A DNA stretch of 63,767 bases, counting the filler, from Lenisia limosa (taxonomy: Eukaryota > Protista > Breviatea): NCBI GenBank assembly GCA_001655205.1. It is 15 parts of 15 records of this genome, joined end to end, with 100 filler letters (N's around TTAATTAATTAA, not from the genome) between each part and the next. Parts side by side here need not be neighbours in the genome. Positions count along the whole stretch, not along the records: positions 24,486 to 41,980 come from LPNZ01011462.1; positions 42,081 to 52,585 come from LPNZ01009406.1; 13 more parts are not named here. The stretch is one strand, 5' to 3'. The notes beneath the pieces are model-generated. The model was not told the origin of the DNA, ran no database searches, and saw only the letters and a list, made by a program, of their open reading frames with translations. Below are positions 37,801 to 51,057 of this stretch, piece after piece (position 1 is the stretch's first letter; every line of letters starts with the position of its first letter). The translations under genes and the position numbers were made by a program.

Positions 37801-40800
37801 TTTGGAGATTGGCTTTAACGCCGATTCAACCCCATTTTGAGACTCCCCGGACGGACCTCTTCAGCCAGAAGAATGGCTTGAGTGATGTCCTTGGCATTGG
37901 GGATGTTTAGGAGTGACGGGGACGTCATTGTAAGTCGTCCAGTCCCAGTCCCATGCTAAACAGTCAGAAACTGAACCCTCACTACCAGATATTCAGAAAA
38001 TTATGATCTGTGATTGTGGAAAATGATAATATGTTCACCCATATTCAAGTGATTTGATCACATGACCGACTTTCGAGTCGAAATAATAAACAAAGATAAC
38101 ACGAGGGTTTGTACCAAGTTTATCAGAGTTTCATTGGATCTTGTAGGTCAATTATCACACGAGTGGATATGAGGTATCATATCACTGCGTTGAAAATGAT
38201 AGTTTACAAGTATGAAAATAGTCTTAAATGCAGCAGTGTGTTTAATGATAGTTTTATTTCAGGTAAGAGGGATGTAAACAATGATAGCAACAACAGATTA
38301 CATAATCGCACAATTGTAATATCGTAAATATGTTAAGAGACTATTTCAGTTCAATCTGAGATTTAACAAAAAATATGAATAACAATTCCTCTTTTGAAAT
38401 ATTTTTGAGCCCACCCTCCTCATCCCAGGTTATTCTCCTAAACTAGGCTCTATTATGTTTCTTCAATCAATACACAATAGGGCTCCATGAATGAAGGGTT
38501 GGTGTTATGGGTTTTAACCCTATACACAATCGTCCAACATAGTCCTCCTGACACTGCAATCCTGGCTTTCAATATACCGATCTCAATATCCTTACACTAT
38601 CATAGTCGAAGAAGAAAGGAAGTGATAGGTTTCAACAGAGAAATAAAATAATCCATCTCTTAACTTTCATACAAGACACAAACAACATGTTTCAAAATCA
38701 ATGTTTTTGAACTAACAACACGTTATCAGTTGCAAAACCTCAATAACCAGTGGAATAAAATGACCCAAAAAGTGATATGAAAGAGAGACATTGATTAAGA
38801 GAGACACTGATTAAGAAGCACATTGATTAAGAGGCACATTGATAAAGAGGCACATTTGGTAAAGAAACGCCACCTGAATGATGGACCCGTGGATTCTGCC
38901 ATCTGAGCTCCTGATGCAATTAAAATGGTACTATTGAAGGTAATTTATTATCATTTTTATTCGCATTTTGCAGCATATTCGGTATATGTTATGCATATCA
39001 TATTGTTGGATAGTCATCCCTAGTGTTAACTTCGTTATACTTGGCTTTGATGAAGATCAGCACATTAAAGAGAGAACAGAAACGAGATTAGCATGATTCT
39101 TACAATCATGTTATAACATTAAAAAAAAATCGCCTTAGATGGTGCCCCATATCCCACTTATTGGAGAAACGGATCAAACTAGCGAGTGTTGACCGGAGGT
39201 ATGAGACCCTTCTGTAAGCCATCACTACTCCCACCGCAGCGTGCTATACCGTAAAAAAAGATGGGTCATAAATAAAGATGGGTCAAAAATAAAGATGGGT
39301 CTAAATAAATATGGAGCAAATGGGAGTAATACACAATTATCTTGGACTATCATCATAAAATAACCATGGGGCTACATCATCATGATAATCATGCAACAAT
39401 TAGGGGCAACATCATCATCATACTCATTATAATCATCTTTCAAATCATCATCATAAACAGCAAAAAGGTGCTGAATTATCAATAGATAGGCAAAACAGCT
39501 CCATCCATCTCAAATATAAATCTTGTGTTTTGTCAGAAATGAAAAAAAAAAAAAGAAAGAGACAGTTGCACATACCTCCTTGAGGAGCCCAGTCAGAGTT
39601 TCAGCGTCGGTGGAGGGGTTCGCGTCTGACGGGTTTGCTACATAGAAAACCATGACCATGGAGGAATAACATAAACACACTCATTTCATGAAATAAACTA
39701 AAACAATAAACGTCTTACATTTCTAATGCTGAAATGGACATAATATCAATGAGAAATAAAAAATAAGGTTGTATCNNNNNNNNNNNNNNNNNNNNNNNNN
39801 NNNNNNNNNNNNNNNNNNNNNNNNNNNNNNNNNNNNNNNNNNNNNNNNNNNNNNNNTCACCCAATCATTTGCCTTACAACTCTGTGCAGTTGAAATAGGC
39901 AAGATTTTCATTCACACGGCTAACCTGGGGTAATGCCTAGGGTTTTATAGAGAAGTAACCTGATGTCCTTGCCATTGTCGGGGTTGAACGCGCCTTTCCC
40001 AGCCCCTCCAGCAAACTTGCGTAGTCTCAAGTCCAGCTTTTGTTCCAATGATTCCAGTTTTTTTCTAAGCCATAAACAGAGGTAGACTTGACATATGAAA
40101 TGATATGTTATGATATGTTAACCCATATCCACTAGTGATATGATCATATGACCGACTTTCAAGTCGAAATGTTGAATGAAGATTACACGAGTGTTTCCGA
40201 GTGTGTCAGAGTATCATTGAGACTTGTCGGTCAATTATCATACAACTGGATATGAGGTATCATATCACTGCGTGGAAAATTATCATACAACTTTTTGGAA
40301 TAATATATTAAACGTACAAATATATCATATGATAAGAGAGGTGATTTTTGTTGTCTATATCTTAGATATCATATATTATATGATTTATATGTCATACAGT
40401 GATCGGGATGAGTCTTGACCGATTTACTATGTGATTTCCCAAGGAAAATCGGTCCAGAATTATCCTGGTGGAGCGTGTGTAGTTCTTGGTAAATATACAA
40501 TAGACAGCATGACATCATATCATTTTTTGGATCATTTTCACACGTGTGAACTATCATTTTCCACGCAGTGATATGATACCTCATATCCAGTCGTATGATA
40601 ATTGACTGACGAGTCTCAACGATAATCTGATATACTCGGGATGAACCCCATGTTATCTTTGTTCTATCTTTGTTCATCATTTCGACTCGAAAGTCGGTCA
40701 TATGATCATATCACTAGTGGATATGGTTTAACATATCATATCACTAGTGGATTTGGGTTAACATATCATATCACTAGTGGATTTGGGTTAACATTTTATA

Positions 40801-41942
40801 CGTTGGTTATTATGGGCATACACAAAGGTCTTGGCAGTGTTGGTGTTGATGGCTACGCCAGTATCTGACATTTGGAGGAGAATCGGGTATAATGGGCGTT
40901 GAAGCTGATTATACACCTGCGGACATGAAACAAGATTATAGACCTTCGGACATGAAACAAGATTATAGAGTTGTGGACATGAAACAAGATTATAGATATG
41001 AAATAAACGAATGAAGCAAACTTCCACAAGTTTCTTGTCACGGAGCTGCTTCATGCAAGTTGAATAGAGGTGTAGAAGGGCTTGGCACTATAATATGAGA
41101 GTGAAAATCAAAAGAAAATTATGATAAATGATGTTATTGCGTATCACTTATATAACTGATGTTTTTGACATTTATCATAATTTTCTTTTGATTGGATTGT
41201 ATTGCGTCTTATCACTTATAACTTATATAACTGATGATCAATAAAATTTTGATTACTTCTTCTACCATCCAACCTCTACTGTGGCATGTTCCATGAGAGA
41301 ACTGGATTGTCTCATCTTGCCTTCTACAAAGGAAAATAGTTAGTTATTGCTTCAATCATTACTCTGATCGGTAACGAAAATAAAATAAGAATAGTTTGAG
41401 AATGAATACATACTTTTTTTTAGTTTCATTGGTTAACCATTTGGCTTTTATTCAACCCCAGTACCGAAATAAGCACGTTCTGTTTCCATGAGGGACAAGG
41501 TGGCGGTCTTGGGAACATGGTCCAGATGGGTGTCTTGCTGGACATGTGAACTGACGAGTGCGGTCCAAATATCGAGACAAAGGGAAAATAGCGGTTGACT
41601 ACAAAAAAGCTCTCAGCCCTGCATAGTTATCTCCGATCCACACTCCAACACATAACCCGAATTGCATCATCTCATACCTCTCGAGCTTCACTTTGGTTCA
41701 AAAAATTACTTCTCGATAAATCCTCAAAAAATACCGACGAAGTAAAGCCCAATAAGCGTCATCTCATCACACAGCCACATTGCGTCATCTCATATCACAC
41801 AGTCACATTGCGTCATCTCATATCACACAGCCACATTGCGTCATCTCATATCATAATCCTCCAACATTCCAGGATGGCACAACTGTCTCTTCCTGCTTGC
41901 CCCAATCCGGGTCTAAAAGCCAGCGCATCACGATTACATCAT
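34871..41942 (-). CDS. Family A DNA polymerase (Pol theta/nu-like), degenerate exonuclease plus polymerase domains, 5' part missing
   Basis: About 17 exons reconstruct WLLDPD, LQRPLYPILLQMSDTGVAIN, DGRIHG..TGRLT..PSLLNIP, motif A ADYCQAELRILAHLS, motif B RQLTKKLCYAILYG, RAERQ..IQGSAAD, motif C LLLIHDEIIVE and VRVKAGSNW, ending in TGA 34871-34873. Confidence 0.93.
36008..36085. mobile_element. Tc1/mariner-type MITE (family D), 78 bp
   Basis: About 29-bp imperfect TIRs (CAGTGACTGGAATAAGTCTTGACCGATTT) with TA on both flanks. Other copies at 40397, 53361-53438 and 63347-63425. Confidence 0.8.
37655..37740. repeat. 12-bp minisatellite (AAAATGAAAGCT variants)
   Basis: About seven imperfect units. 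Confidence 0.75.
40100..40795. repeat. Inverted pair of family E repeats (about 190-bp arms) around a family D MITE
   Basis: About 40100-40290 is the reverse complement of about 40545-40745. Single E copies at about 32290, 33345-33495 and 38040-38225. Confidence 0.8.
41757..41853. repeat. 28-bp tandem repeat
   Basis: CGTCATCTCATATCACACAGCCACATTG repeated about 3.5 times. Confidence 0.85.
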
Positions 41943-42080
41943 CTAAGGGTATGTCTAAGGGGGGTCAGCGGGGGGGGGGGNNNNNNNNNNNNNNNNNNNN
42001 NNNNNNNNNNNNNNNNNNNNNNNNTTAATTAATTAANNNNNNNNNNNNNNNNNNNNNNNNNNNNNNNNNNNNNNNNNNNN

Positions 42081-45076
42081 ATGAGCTGGCACGTACTACT
42101 TTGGTGAGTTCGATGGAGGGGAATGACAGTCTAATTGCATAGCTTCTTGATGGCCTGGTTGTGGGCTTTTTCTTCTGATAATATATATATCGATATTGTC
42201 ATATGACCATGGTATTTTACATTCCCCCTCAACAATTAGTCATTCTCTCTTCAACAATTAGTCATTCTCCCCTCAACAATTAGTCCTTCAGATACTGTNN
42301 NNNNNNNNNNNNNNNNNNNNNNNNNNNNNNNNNNNNNNNNNNNNNNNNNNNNNNNNNNNNNNNNNNNNNNNNNNNNNNNNNNNNNNNNNNNNNNNNNNNN
42401 NNNNNNNNNNNNNNNNNNNNNNNNNNNNNNNNNNNNNNNNNNNNNNNNNNNNNNNNNNNNNNNNNNNNNNACAACACAAAGTGGGAACTGCTCTTGTTAG
42501 TTGTAACCGGAATGTGTTGAATGAGATCGTCATAGTGAATAGAGAACACTTGCTTTGAGATGACTTGGTGACCTCACCCGCAGATACTCAGGCATCACAG
42601 AGGAGATTCTCGCACCCGTTACTGCTACCTTAGAAGAGGTGGGGTGCGTGAATCTTGAAGTCCTTTCCTGGCATTTATATTTGAATGTTTGGACAGTTGT
42701 GTTAACACAATATGAGATTGACAGTAGTTGTATTAACAGTTCAGGTTCGAGCCAAGGTCATGGGCTTTGTCAAGTCGTCCACTATTCTCGTTGGGCAGAG
42801 TATCGAGAATGATCTTCATGCTCTCAGAGTAAGCGTTTTTGACAAGCCCAATATTTCGAACAGAAATATAATATCACAGGGTATAGAAATAGATGATATT
42901 AGAAAACCGAGAGTAAACAGTTTTGTGTAAGGACAGTATTAAACCATGATTGTATGTTTGCGTTCACCTTGTATTGATATAATATAGCAATGAGAAAGAA
43001 AAAATAAGGTTTATCTGGCCGAAGCCGTTCACACCATCACGCTTATAAGAGATATGGGACTACTGTATCTAGTATTAATTCACCCAATCATTTGCCTTAC
43101 AACCCTGTGCACACTGCTTTGTGCTGATAGTTCAGATTATCCACCACCGCGTGATTGACACCAGCTGCATCTTCAAACATCCCGCCGGTCCACCCGCCAA
43201 ACCGTCACTCAGATGGCTTGCCAAGGTCTATCTCAACCGTGTCATCCAGGTTCGATGTGCGGGTACTTCTTTTCAATGAATATCGAGTTGCTCGGAAAGG
43301 GTCTTTGATGGAACCTAAGATTTAGCCATCTTACTCCTCCCAGAACAGTATCAAGGGTCATGATTCTGGAGAAGACGCGAGGGCTTCGCTAGATCTTGCA
43401 CTCTATAAAATGAAAATGGGTATGTTGCGTTATCTTTTGCCAGTCAAATGAAGGAGCATGAATATGATTTTTTGCTGTTGTTGTTGTGCGTTGTCTGACC
43501 CCGTGCCTGTGGTCACATCCTAGGTGACTCCATCACTGAGGTTGAAATCGAGGGCGAGTCAATCATGGCTGTTCTTGGTATGCATTACGGGTGATGCTAA
43601 TTTTCCTTGTTTTATTTCTATTGTAGTAAAGGCAAACAAGCACATATTGTTAACAACAGTATTTTAATTTTCTAAGCATTAATCAAAATATCTGCTTTTC
43701 TTGGGGAGGTGTTTGACGGCATTTAACTATAGTAGCGGATGTTGGTTACAGTGTGCGAGTGCATGACCGAAAGGACATCTTCAAGTACATCCCTGGTGTA
43801 GACGCCTGCGAAACTGTTCTTTGCTCAAATGACGACGATGTAAGCTGATTTGAGTGTTTGGTAGGGTCGTTTGTTTTTTTATTTAAGGACGAAGCCAATG
43901 AGCACTGGATGTTTTGATTTTCACTTCCGGATTTTTTGTTACATTTATTTTCCATTTTCACCCCCCTCCCTCCCCAGGTCCAAGCAACACTTGTATCAGA
44001 CCTTCGCACCACCCACGATCATCAGATCAACTGGGGTCAATTTTTCGGCCTGTCTTCTTTCTATCATGGTGTGTGGGAATCAAGCGCTGTGTGGACGGGG
44101 TTGTGGAAAACGATATTTAATGTCTTTTCTCAGACTAAAGACTGGTAAACACCATACTAAATACCAAAAGTGTGGCACTGACACATTTAGAGGCTAACCG
44201 TGGTGTTTGCTTCCGCAAAAACGAACTCAGAGAGACGTTGAAGGTTTGATAGATGGATTGTAGGAGCTCAACAACCAATACTCTTCTTATTCACAGAGAG
44301 ATCATATCAAACTGTGAAGAATGGGGTGATTCACCGCTTCTGGTCAATGAAAAAGACACTGAAAGTGTTCATCATCCCCTCACATCATAGACGATTAACA
44401 AGCGTGTCAAGAAAGTCTATGACGCGGCCCCTGAGAACACACTCTTCTTTATTTCCACAATGCAAGGCCCTACAAGAACTATGAGAGAGTAAGCTTAACT
44501 CTTTATATTCAAAGAATATGGTTTTGTTTTTCTTTCATACCTTTTATAGTGCCGATGGATCTGCAGTCATTTTTATCACATTCTTTGCTCACCGCACAGA
44601 CTGCAAGAGCGGCGTAAGAACAAGGATGCGGTGTGGACGGCTGACGACGCCAAAATGCTGCACAACGCTGTGGACCAGGNNNNNNNNNNNNNNNNNNNNN
44701 NNNNNNNNNNNNNNNNNNNNNNNNNNNNNNNNNNNNNNNNNNNNNNNNNNNNNNNNNNNNNNNNNNNNNNNNNNNNNNNNNNNNNNNNNNNNNNNNNNNN
44801 NNNNNNNNNNNNNNNNNNNNNNNNNNNNNNNNNNNNNNNNNNNNNNNNNNNNNNNNNNNNNNNNNNNNNNNNNNNNNNNNNNNNNNNNNNNNNNNNNNNN
44901 NNNNNNNNNNNNNNNNNNNNNNNNNNNNNNNNNNNNNNNNNNNGTGATGTCTTTTTGGTCCCTTTCTCATCATCCAGTCCCCTGCTGCCAAACCTGCCGA
45001 CGACAAACCGGACCCCGTTCCTGCCCCCTCCACGTTCACCCCCACTGAGGGCCTTCTTCCTAACCCTTCTGCCTAG
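42081..45076 (+). CDS. REX1/REXO5-type DEDDh RNA exonuclease, 5' part missing
   Basis: YSGITEEILAPVTATLEE, TILVGQSIENDLHALR, IHHRVIDTSCIFKHPAGPPAKPSLRWLAKVYLNRVIQ and GHDSGEDARASLDL. Probable terminal exon ends in TAG 45074-45076. Confidence 0.88.
42985..43125. mobile_element. Family C element, uninterrupted copy in an exonuclease intron
   Basis: ATAGCAATGAGAAAGAAAAAATAAGGTTTATCTGGCCGAAGCCGTTCACACCATCACGC..CACCCAATCATTTGCCTTACAACCCTGTGCACAC. Confidence 0.6.
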
Positions 45077-45345
45077 CTTCCTCTTCATGGTATAATAGAT
45101 CTACTGCTGTTTCCAAGAGCTTGTTGAATGCGAATAATGTTGAAATAAGTTTTCAATGAAGATAGAAATTAAAACTAAGCAGACAGTGATAGCATCAGAA
45201 TAGTTGACCCAGTTATCAGCTCGTTATACAAAGACTTTTTATTTCTGTTAATATTCAGAAAAAGAGAGACTTGAACCAGAGGTGCTTAAAAATAGAACTT
45301 GAACCACCCAGAATAGACTAAGGGAGGGAGTGAATAATACGCAGA

Positions 45346-47357
45346 TTAGTCCAGGTCTGCTCCGGACTTCTTCATAAGAGCGCGGAACTTCTCATAGGGC
45401 GCATCAACAGTCTTCGCAGAGCCAAACAGAGTCATCAGAGCAACAAGGGGAACGAAGATGGCGAGAAGCATGATGGTGAGGTAGTAAGGGTAGGCTTGGA
45501 AGATGAAGCGAGGGTAGTCGGTGTGCCACCATGGGTTCACCTTAACAGTCAACAAATCTAGACTAGTATTTTCGAAGGATAATGAGGAGTTCAATATGCT
45601 TCCAATTATCAAAAAAAAAAAAAAAAAGATAACGTATTCTCAACGAGGACTCTCCTTGCATACCGTGACCTTGTGAGTGGACTGGGCCTTCAGAGGACCC
45701 TCAGTGTCGACTACACGAAGTTTGTACGTTCCAATGACCTTCGGGATCATGACATCAAGGGTGCATTCACCTGGTGGATGTGAGATTTACATTGATGGGG
45801 ACGTGTCGTTGAAGATAACAATAAGTTAAGAAATACCAATAGAATTGTTCGGCTCAACATAGAGGAGGGAATGATACAATCAAAGAAGAATTTGACACAA
45901 TACATCCAGTTATTTTGCCTCAAGAGTTCCTTTTCACAGAGCTATCTAGATATCCCCACAAGAAGTCGTAACCGGCATACCTTCAACACACTCAGCAGCG
46001 TGCCTCCATTCCATTCCATGTGGGGAGTAGAAGTCAAGGAGAATCTAAAGGTTGAGAGAAAAAAAAACTGATTAGGTTGATTAGAGCTACATTAGGATTA
46101 TAAATACATTATACTGAAATTAAGGGAGAATTATGGGGGGGGGGGGGNNNNNNNNNNNNNNNNNNNNNNNNNNNNNNNNNNNNNNNNNNNNNNNNNNNNN
46201 NNATTCGCCAACCTTGCCATTGAGAGGACTCTTCTCAAGAGCGTTCACTGCGACAGCCTTGAAAGACAGTGTGCGGTTGGTGTTGATGGGGGCCATTGGG
46301 CTGGCCTCGGCATCGGAAATGAAGAGGACCTGGAGCGTGAGTGGAAAGTCGTTTCCAATTCAAAAATAGAACATTTATTGTTTCTCATGATAGGCGTTTG
46401 CCTTTTAGACATTGTATTTCTCTTTTATTTACGAACTCTACATGTCAAACAGAATCTTAAATGGATATATATTTCATAAGCACTTCCGCCCTCATACGTC
46501 CTCAAGTTGGACTTCAGCGGTGGCGGCATGGAGAACACCGTTGATGAGGGAGTCGGACGCCCTGCTGTTGGTGACGAGCTTGAAGGTGTCTTCTGTGCGT
46601 CTGCCGATGCCAACTGCGGAGTGAGGTGCTGTAAGGGAGGACAGAAGAGAAAATGAAAGAGAAAAATAAGAATAAAGAAAGAAAAATAAACAACTGTGGT
46701 TCTAATAGCAGAAAAGAAACCCCAAAACACAAAATCTCAGGTTTTCAATGTGCGGAATCGAGAGCAACAAGCTTGAAAAAACATACACCCACCCCCACCA
46801 AGAGCAGGAATCGGTTCAGCTCCTGTAGACCAAACAGTGTAGGATCGTGATGACTCGACAGTGAAGTTGTCACTGGGAGGCGTGGCGTACTATGGGTCAG
46901 AAGTGCGAATTGCTTCGTTCCATTCATGCTTGATCTATTTGACACCTGTGCAAGAAAGCAAGGTATCTTTATAGTCCATGGATGCTCCACCAACCATAAG
47001 TGCGGATCTGTAGAGGGCCTCCTTCAGCCACTGGGGGATACCACCATCAAATAATTCTAAGAAGCTAAGAAAGGATATGAAGGAAAAGAAAAGGGGAATG
47101 ATGAGATTGTAACTAGGCTCACTTTCTGCTGACTTGAAAGTGTAAGGAACATCTAAAATGGTTAGAATAGGAAAGGGAAGACCCAAAGAATCTAACCTTC
47201 CACAGAGAAGTTTTCAGTGTTGGAAGTGAAAACCGCTGAATTGTTAAAATAAATAGAGTTTAACCAAATAAATACCATTGAGCTTGTGAATAGGGTGGCC
47301 AAAGGCAACAGAGAAAATTGCAAAGATAAATAATGCTCTCAATGTTCTTAACATCAT
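45346..47357 (-). CDS. DDOST: Oligosaccharyltransferase 48-kDa subunit (OST48/WBP1)-like
   Basis: Signal peptide MMLRTLRALFIFAIFSVAFG. C-terminal LDVMIPKVIGTYKLRV..THKVTVNPWWHTDYPRFIFQAYPYY, then a TM helix and short tail, matching the OST48 HT.Y.RFI..AYPYY motif. Ends in TAA. Confidence 0.75.
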
Positions 47358-47740
47358 CGTAAAACTATTAATAATACAAAGAAACAACTATAAAACAAAT
47401 GAAAAAGAGACTTTTGTTTGATTTTATATTTTTGGGGCTTTTAAACGGGATTAACCTAGGGATGGACGGGTCCAAATATTTCACACAAAAAACCCGCGCG
47501 CTAGCTCTCCAGGCTCTCTCGAGTCCTACACCTTCCTATGCCTCAAAACTTCTAACTAAAAACATTAAAAACAAACAACAACAAATTACGACCCCTCTTA
47601 CCCCCCCCCCCCNNNNNNNNNNNNNNNNNNNNNNNNNNNNNNNNNNNNNNNNNNNNNNNNNNNNNNNNNNNNNNNNNNNNNNNNNNNNNNNNNNNNNNNN
47701 NNNCTTGCCCTTAATGTGAACAAAAAATAGAAGATTTAAA

Positions 47741-50700
47741 ATGCCGACGGTATGTTTGATTAATTTGAGTTCTTCTTTTCACCATTCAGGTCACAGCTCC
47801 CGATAAGAAATTGAGTTGGTGGAATTGGGGCTTTTCATTTTATTTTGCTTTGAAAGAAAAGTGATGATAACAATAGCGGATGATTTTGAAGTTATTGTGA
47901 ATTGAACTCCAATTTTGTTTGACTGTTTAGATTCCTTCATTGTCAGGGCCTACTATGCTATCCATCTCACCCTCATCATTCTGTCCTTCCCCTTTAGAAT
48001 CTTGTCATTTGAGTAAGAAGGGTTATTTTAAGTGATACTGTGAGATATAACCTTACCCTTATAACGCTCGTATGTAAGTATTGTTAATAATTTGTTTGTG
48101 CTAAAGTTGATATTGGGGTAATTTAGATTTAGAGCTGTATGTGTCATACATTTTTCATGTTTTGTTGTGATCTTGTCAGCCAACAGAGTTGATTTTTGGC
48201 TTTTTTTTGTTTCATAAATTTTCCAATTTACCCACCCCCCAGCCCCTCAACACCAGTCTTCTCGCACACCCCGGCAGTACTCATCTCCACCTTTATAACA
48301 GGGGTGTTGTACTGGCGGCTAGCGTACTCCAACCCGGGCTACTTACCCACAGTAAAAATGTCGAAGAGGGACCGCAGAAAGCAAGACAGGAGGAATAAGT
48401 GCAAGAAGGACAGCGACAAAGGCACTTCGAAGCTTCTGTCAAGTGCCGAGTCAAGCGGGACCGATACGCCACCTCCGTCCCTAAGTCCTGTGACTGGTTG
48501 GCATGAGGAAAATTTAGTAAAGAAGTAATAGGTTTATTCTCTAAGCTTAAAAGGTGTTACAATTCCGACTTTTGTTCCCCCGTACCTTGATGAAATGCCA
48601 AATCATATGATATGTGGCTCACCTGCAGGATAAAATCGAGATATTTTTACGTGGTTTTAAGTGGCTTCACTTGTCTGCGTGTACTTATTACACGTTTATA
48701 TTATGGTGTACTTTGGTGACTTATGTAGATGTGGAAATGGATCAGAGGCCTGAATCACAAGGCACAGAAAGCGAAGAGATTCAGGTTTTTGGCAAACAAA
48801 ATCTTGAAGAAGTTAACCTTTTACTTCTGTGTTGTTTATAAATATCCAGGCCCCACAGCCACGACCAGCTTCAATGATAGAAATTTCGTCCCCAGATTCA
48901 CCTGGTAGGGATTTGGAAAAAATATTGACTAAGGTTTTTACTTGTTACTCAATGAGAGTTTTTTTTCAAGTATATTGATCTCGCTTTATCCATATTTATT
49001 GTATCTAGGGCTTCACTTCGGTTCAAAAACAGAAAGAATTTCTCGATAAATCCGAAAACTATCGATATTTTCTTGGTTTTTATCGAACCGAAGTGAAGCC
49101 CTAATTGTATCACTGCTGACTTGAGGGCTGTGTTTGATTAATAAACCCCCGTTATCTTACAATGAATTTTACCACTTCCCATAATGATTTTGTCTCGAAC
49201 TGATCTCTAATTCTGCAATTGTCAGCTAATGTGAACTCTATCAAGGAATTAACGCAATTAACAATGCGCCTCTTGACGTTCCATCTGCTCACCATTCAGT
49301 GGATTCTGTCGCAGTCGAAGTCGAGGTCACTACCCCCGCATCGGGACTACCTGTCAAAACGCACCCTTCACTGGCCCAATGTGCTGCTGAGGGTGGGAGC
49401 TTTTTGAGGATTATATGCGGTTAAATCCCATCATTTTGATCGGTTGTTTTGGGTATTGAGGAAAGTTATAAGGAAATATGAATGAAGGGATTTTTTGTTC
49501 ATTTTTTGAATGCTGACATTGTCTTGTTGTATTGGACACACTGCAATCATTAATGGATTACAGGATCCGTGGAAACAGCATCCCCAATGACCGCCCAAAT
49601 TTCCCTTGAGGAAGGGGATGCGTCTAGGTGCCTGCCAACTGATGGTGGCTTCTGCAACAAGTGCAAACACGAAAGGGTTGGAAGGATTGAGCTCTTGGAC
49701 TAACTATCAAAGGAAGATATTTTCAAGGATATACCATGTTTTGTTTTTATGGGTTGTTTCATTAAAGTTACTAATTCTGACCTTCCAGCCTTTACGAGCA
49801 CATCACTGCAGCGTTTGAGGGTGCTTTGGTTTTTGAGCTTCTTCTTTTTTATTTGGGGGGGGGGGGTTATAATCGTCGCNNNNNNNNNNNNNNNNNNNNN
49901 NNNNNNNNNNNNNNNNNNNNNNNNNNNNNNNNNNNNNNNNNNNNNNNNNNTGTTTTGTTTCTCAGTGATATTTAATACTTGACTCCTCGTCTTCCCATAA
50001 CTTTTCGCAAATTATTGATACTTTTCCTTTATTGTGACATAGGAGAGCGCTACCATTTTTCCAGTTAAAATTCTTGATACTCATTGCTGTAGCAATGTCA
50101 GCGCTGCGTGGCTCGATTTGACCATCACTGCTTTTGGATTGAGACTTGTGTTGGAGCAAAGAACCACAGACAATTCACAGTTTTCCTTCTTTTCCAGTCT
50201 ATCCTTCCAATTTATGGGATTTATTTGGTATGTTCCACAATCTTTTGGAAGAGCTATCTTTTGAATCTCATGGTGTAGACATTTCTTCCATGGAAAGACG
50301 ACCCTTCTTTTCTGTTTCTTGTGCTCTACTTCGCCTTCTTCATTGTTCTCTTTGGATATGGTGGTAGGCCAATGGGGTGGTTGTTGCCTAGTGGATAACG
50401 ATGAGACTTTTTGTTGATGGTTCATAAATGAGACTTGCTACTATTTTTCCAATCATCTAGGCTTTGTGGGGTTCCTCTTCCTCTTCCACGTTTATCTCAT
50501 ATTGACGAACCAAACGACATTCGATACTTTGAAACGTGAGGTGAATTACATCAAATCACCATCGCGGATGATCATGCCCTTCTTTGAGGTGAGTTGGCAG
50601 GGTTTCCGAGACCTCTCCCCGAAATGTTTCCGTCTACTCTTTCAGTAAAAATTTGGTGTGTGTTTCAAAAAACTAAAGATTATTTTGAGACAACAGAAAT

Positions 50701-50818
50701 ACTCTGGTCTATGACCATAGCCTCCATTTGTTTACCATTCAGTCTTACTGGAAGAACCTCAAGTTCTTCTGCTGTACTATGCCAAAAACCGAACTTTCTC
50801 ATAACTATGAGATTCTGA
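47741..50818 (+). CDS. DHHC palmitoyltransferase
   Basis: SNPGYLP, then FCNKCKHER | PLRAHHCS | [28 protein letters not shown], and [14 protein letters not shown]. The exact stop is uncertain. Confidence 0.9.
48160..48242 (+). mobile_element. Family B 3' module forming the acceptor of a DHHC intron
   Basis: GTCAGCCAACAGAGTTGATTTTTGGC..TTTCATAAATTTTCCAATTTACCCACCCCCCAG, followed by the in-phase exon. Confidence 0.8.
49006..49103. mobile_element. hAT-type MITE (family A) with 8-bp TSD
   Basis: TAGGGCTTCACTTCGGTTC..GAACCGAAGTGAAGCCCTA termini. ATTGTATC at 48998-49005 and 49104-49111. Confidence 0.9.
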
Positions 50819-51057
50819 GAACAGAAGAGGTTTCTACATGTTTCCATAACAGAGGGTATAATTGTGTTTAAGGGGAGGCGTTTTGATTTTTCTGATGTAA
50901 TAGTGTATGATATTGTTTGTACCCTTTTCAATTGCGGAGCTAATTTGTTGAATAAAAGGTGTTATAGTTTCCGCGTCGTTCATTTACCAGTACTCTTGAC
51001 AGATTGGATAAAAACCTCTGCAGATACAATTTGCATATAATTAACATCACATCTGGG

